Part shown: piece after piece, positions 33,416 to 37,993 of the stretch | How positions within the stretch are numbered: position 1 is the stretch's first letter | Layout of the letters: every line of letters starts with the position of its first letter | Assembly: GCF_001194135.2 (NCBI RefSeq) | Contig: NC_068995.1 | Span: 42,233,201-42,271,193 of the forward strand | DNA length: 37,993 nucleotides | Origin: Octopus bimaculoides | Taxonomy: Eukaryota | Reading direction: 5' to 3' | Translations under genes and position numbers: made by a program | The notes under the pieces: model-generated | Databases searched by the model: none | Told to the model about the DNA's origin: nothing | What the model saw: the letters and a program-made list of their open reading frames with translations, nothing else

Positions 33416-33900
33416 TATATATATGTATATATGTAGATATACATATGTTTGTATATATATATATATATATACACACATATATAAATACCTAAGTATATAT
33501 ATATATATACATATATACACATATATACATCATATATATATACATACATGCATATATATACATACATATATAAATATATATATATGCACACACGCTCATA
33601 CATACATTTATATATGTATGTGTGTATATATATATATATGCATATATATATATATACATCCATATATATACACACATATGTGTATATACATATATATACA
33701 TATATATATATATCTATATATATATTTACATATGTTGTGTTAACGTATATGCATTATGAACCTGTTTCTCACTTTCACCCTCTTTTTTCTGTATACCTGT
33801 ATATAAACATTAAAAATACGTGTTTATATATATACGTATGCTGGCGTGTGTCAATGTGTAGATGTATCTGTCTATGTACATATGTACATGCACTGATGCC

Positions 33901-33958
<58 letters not shown>

Positions 33959-33985
33959 TATATGGACACATGTATGTGTGTATGT
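33200..33985. repeat. About 0.8-kb RY-alternating microsatellite field (TA/CA/TG/TACA)
   Basis: Direct reading; source of the many IYIY/THTH ORFs. Confidence 0.95.
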
Positions 33986-34010
33986 GTGATCATATAAATG
34001 AGTGTACGCT

Positions 34011-34171
34011 TTATTTCCTTGTAATTCCTTTTGTACTTACCATTATTGGGATTATTTTTGCATAATTCTTCACATTTTCGATGTTTCTATTTCCAAGTCT
34101 TTATACTTAGAAACTTTCTCCAGTTCTTTTAATGGAGGTATTTTGGTCCATCGGGATTTGAGCATTTCAAT
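34011..34171 (-). pseudogene. Restriction-like endonuclease C-terminus of an R4/Dong-like non-LTR retrotransposon
   Basis: Across frameshifts: IEM..IPMDQNTSIKELEKVSKYKDLEIETSKM(W)KNYAKIIPIMVSTKGI, matching the D-x-x-x-P...K..KY..L..+P+++G pattern of REL domains. Confidence 0.8.
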
Positions 34172-34194
34172 GAATGCTACTATAACGGAAATCA

Positions 34195-34224
34195 TCATCA
34201 TCATTATTATTATTGGTGGTAGTG

Positions 34225-34288
<64 letters not shown>

Positions 34289-34290
34289 CA
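34195..34290. repeat. (ATC)/(ATT)/(AGT)n microsatellite
   Basis: Direct reading. Confidence 0.95.
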
Positions 34291-34592
34291 TTTTAATCTT
34301 CGCTGTTTTAATGCTCATTTTTAACAGATTGCATCGCAGTACACACACAATAGAATACCACACACTCACACACACACACATTCACACACGCGCCCGCGCA
34401 CACACACCCACACCCACACACGCACACACACACACACACATGCACGCACGTAGTGGCACAGTAACTGTTAAAAGTGAACAAGCAGGACAACATCAAAGAT
34501 CTAAAGTCTAAGATCTAAATGTGTTCCAAATACGTTTAAGTTACTTCTCGTGTCAAAAATATAGTTACCTCTAGTGTAAAACACACACACAC

Positions 34593-34628
<36 letters not shown>

Positions 34629-35102
34629 CACGCACGCACGCACATACACATACTCTTGGCATCACAAATATGCTTAATGTTACCGCAAGTTTTACAGATA
34701 TGTTCAATGTGACTTCGAGAAACACTAATAAAACTGTAGTTACATCCAAAAGATGTAACAAAAACACCATGTCGCTGGCTAGAAACGCGTTGCTTACAAA
34801 GAAAGTAAGGAAAATAACCATGATATACACTCTTCCCACATGCAAAAGCCCCTCCTTTAAAACCGTTAAAAATAGATATAAATATTCACTCCTATGATTT
34901 TATATATGTGCACAGATACGTGCGCACGCAGACAAGTAGACGTGCAAATGACCATACATGTACGCTCGTACACGCTTCTACACGCATTTGCCGTTGAAGG
35001 TTTTTGACATGAAGGTGCGTAACTTACACGGAAATGTTCACTTCTCAAAAAGTATGGTGTGGCGAAGGTAGTTTGCCACACGAAAATCTGTGTACATAAG
35101 GG

Positions 35103-35192
35103 GCGGCAAACCGGCAGAATCATTGGCAAGCCGGGCGACATGCTTAGCGGTATTTCGTCTGCGGTTACGTTCTGAGTTCAAATTCCGCCGAG
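35103..35192 (+). mobile_element. SINE family E, head only
   Basis: GGCAGAATCATTGGCAAGCCGGGCGACATGCTTAGCGGTATTTCG...GAGTTCAAATTCCGCCGAG. Confidence 0.85.
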
Positions 35193-35327
35193 CACGGAAA
35201 CTGAAACACAACAAAAGCTACACAAAGCCTTACATTTGAAAAACCTTTTTTTAAAACAGTGAAACCGGTCAAGTCAATAAACATCTTTAAAAGACCTCTG
35301 CATTTTCAAATTATATATATATATATA

Positions 35328-35663
35328 GGCGCAAGAGTGGCAGTGTGATAAGTAGCTTGCTTACCAACCACATGATTCCGGGTTCAGTCCCACTGCGTGG
35401 CACCTTGGGCAAGTGTCTTCTACTATAGACTCGTGCCGACCAAAGACTTGTGAGTGGATTTGGTAGACGGAAACTGAAAGAAGCCCGTCGTATATATATA
35501 TATGTATATGTTTGTATCTATGCTTGTCCCCCACCATCGCTTGACAACCGATGTTGTTGTGTTTACGTCTCCGTAACTTAACGGTTCGGCAAAAGAGTCC
35601 GATAAGATAAATACTAGGCTTACAAAGAATAAATCCTGGGGTCGATTTGTTCGACTAAAGGCG
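35328..35663 (+). mobile_element. SINE family A, lacking the terminal tail
   Basis: Colinear with the reference copy to CGACTAAAGGCG. Confidence 0.95.
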
Positions 35664-35701
35664 AATAAAGGAAAGAATACACACACACACATATACATAC
35701 A

Positions 35702-35730
<29 letters not shown>

Positions 35731-35732
<2 letters not shown>

Positions 35733-35868
35733 GGGCTTCTTTCAGTTGTCGCCTTCCAAATCTACTCACAAGGCTGAAGCTAGAGTAGAAGACACTTGAC
35801 TAAGGAGCCACTGGGTGAGGCCGAAACCGGAACCATGTGTCCGGGAAGCATATCTCTTACGACACAAT
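35731..35868 (-). mobile_element. SINE family A, 5' half, diverged
   Basis: GGGCTTCTTTCAGTT...CTCACAAGGCT...AGAAGACACTTG...GGAACCATGTG; adjoins (TACA)n. Confidence 0.8.
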
Positions 35869-36638
35869 TACATTACACAGCACATTTTCCGATACTCCAT
35901 TGTTTTTTTATTTTTTCTTTTTTTTTTTTTCAGTTCAACGTCTTAATAAAGTACGAAACAATCTCCAATAACAGCTCCGAAACAGTCTCCAGTAACAAGG
36001 AATTGACTATCAGATGGGCAAAACTAGTTAAAACATTGTACCACAGTCTGTTTAAAACAACCGCAGAAACTACAAACAAAAAACAAAAAACAACGACGAG
36101 ACTGAATCAAAACATGGAATCGACACATTCTTAAATGTGTCTCGACATTAAAAGACTCCACTTTTATGCCTTTCTATTTATTAATGGCGCTTAATACCGG
36201 TGCCATTACTTTGATGTTGTTGTAATTTCTAGCAGTAGAAGAGCCACAGCAAACTTTGTTATTGCCCTCATTTTTAAGATATTTTTGTAGTTGTTATTGT
36301 TGATGTTGTTGTTGTTGTTGTTGTTGAATATTTCAAAATATTCTTTAATATATTCTATGTGTCTTTACACCATTTCTAAGTCTACGAAATACGTTTCTGC
36401 AAAAACCTTTAAAAAAATTGGTAGCTTTTCTATCATGGCTATCGTTGTTATTGTTATTGTTATTGTTATTGTTATTGTTGCTGCTATAGTTGTTGTTGTT
36501 GTTGTTGTTTTGGAGACGTTTTAGGTTCCCTATTTATTTTCACATTAGTATTACTGGTGCTGGCCACGGTACGAAGAGCTTAGCGTAACTGTTTATGTGT
36601 CAGATGTGTGTGAGCATACTTGTATATGAGTGTGTATG

Positions 36639-36640
<2 letters not shown>

Positions 36641-36702
<62 letters not shown>
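36641..36702. repeat. (CA)n microsatellite
   Basis: Direct reading. Confidence 0.95.
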
Positions 36703-36708
<6 letters not shown>

Positions 36709-37174
36709 TGTTCAAACTCGTGTATATTGAATGAAAATGGGCATTGCTCGGATAATGTCTGTTTGTAAATAACGAAAAGCAATAAAATGAGAAAAAAAGT
36801 TTTAAATTACTATTATTATTATTAATATTATTATTATTATCATTATCGTTTTAGACTTGTGAAGCTTAAATTTTTTCTTAAGCGCCAATCTGTCCCTTTC
36901 GATTAATAAAAACAGTTCCTACATGTGGGCCCACATTTACCTCAAAGAAAATCCTTTAAAAAAATAAACGAAGAGAATGGAAGACAGACCTCCAAAACAA
37001 GCAAATAAATAAATATAATGACAGGAAGTGGGGAAAGACTAGGGGACAGGCGGGAAAAAAAGATTAGCTGCCATCAGTTCGATTACATCAAATTTATAGA
37101 ACAGAGTGCAGCAGGACCCCAACAATACACTTACGTATGTCAATATAAATGTGTTTGTGTGCGTGTGTGCGAGT

Positions 37175-37211
<37 letters not shown>

Positions 37212-37413
37212 TGTGTGTTTGTGTATCTACGTATACACACACGTGTTTTTATGCGAGATTATGTGCATTAATTGAATATATGTATGTATGTATGTATTAG
37301 TGTAAGATATTTTATCAGCAGCTGTGAGAAAGTGATTCAAAAGCCGATAGTTTCGTTTCATAGGAGCCTTACACGAAACTATTGAGCCTTGAGTCACTTT
37401 GTAACTTCACGGA

Positions 37414-37993
37414 ATAATAATAATAATAATGATAATATTAGATGCCCGGATGCAGTACCAGGCAGTGGCTCTCATGGCTTCTGATCTTAACTGATTGGAA
37501 GTGTTATCATGTACATTGTTTTGTCTTGATATAAAAGATGAACTACAGCAAATATTCTGCTTAATACCACAGATTTGTTTGTCAGTTGTTTGACCATGAC
37601 TAGCTGAGCATGTCCCTTGGGGGCTGACGATATGTGCATCTCTGGTCACGAGCAGAAGTAGTGGGGGAGCATCATAGCCATGTGTTGAGAGCAGTTATTT
37701 GGAGTTTCAATAATTCACCTTTGGAAACATGGGTATTTTGCTCAACACCCTTAAACAAACAATATTCAGAGACTTTTTGAGCGGGATGGGCTACTCGACC
37801 TGAAGAAAATTCTAACTAGGCCCCACCTGCGAGGTCATGCGCTGTTTATCTTGATATGAGATCACCATGTTGCGCACATATGGTTGTGATGCATGTGCCT
37901 GGTGTACCCTTATCAGACGGGTAGTCACGATGTGTATATTGGGCTTCGTATATTTTACTCCAGTGTCACTTTGATGGCATGCACTGCTCTCTC
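37414..37993 (-). mobile_element. Probable retroposon 3' region with an (ATT)n tail, running off the window
   Basis: GC-richer, non-coding in the frames I tried, ends sharply at an (AAT)n tract at 37414-37439; family not established from this window alone. Confidence 0.4.

Noticed and set aside
34780-34795. GAAACGCGTT as a hammerhead stem III palindrome
   Set aside because: No CUGANGA core upstream.
35057-35081. 10-bp stem-loop as a Helitron 3' end
   Set aside because: No CTRR terminus downstream and no other Helitron feature.
150-37275. Numerous ORFs rich in IYIY, CVCV, THTH, SLSL, poly-S/L/K or X
   Set aside because: They are translations of microsatellites or N-gaps, not genes.

Overview
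Eukaryotic, AT-rich, repeat-saturated draft-assembly window: 10 N-gaps totalling 3,277 nt, most flanked by microsatellites. The SINE sequences and extreme (TA)n/(CA)n/trinucleotide load suggest a cephalopod, probably Octopus (inference from recall, not searched). No intact protein-coding gene, rRNA, tRNA gene or CRISPR array is supported; most listed ORFs are microsatellite or N artefacts. Contents: at least four tRNA-derived SINE families (my labels A, B, C, E; about 14 A pieces, about 10 E pieces), five decayed Tc1/mariner-superfamily transposases (maT-like, irritans-like, mellifera/cecropia-like, Tc1-like, and a mariner 5' end with TIR), two Penelope-like relics (one absent from the ORF track), and an R4/Dong-like restriction-like-endonuclease fragment. 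Structures not explained by these: a ~300-nt imperfect palindrome (19555-19853); a 189-nt foldback built from 21-bp units (20149-20337); a mirror-symmetric six-SINE cluster (6908-8105); a 49-bp inverted repeat (12510-12741); a hammerhead-like core (32391-32460, minus); recurrent rearrangement at one position in the SINE-A head; and weak Cys-rich candidate micro-exons on the minus strand.
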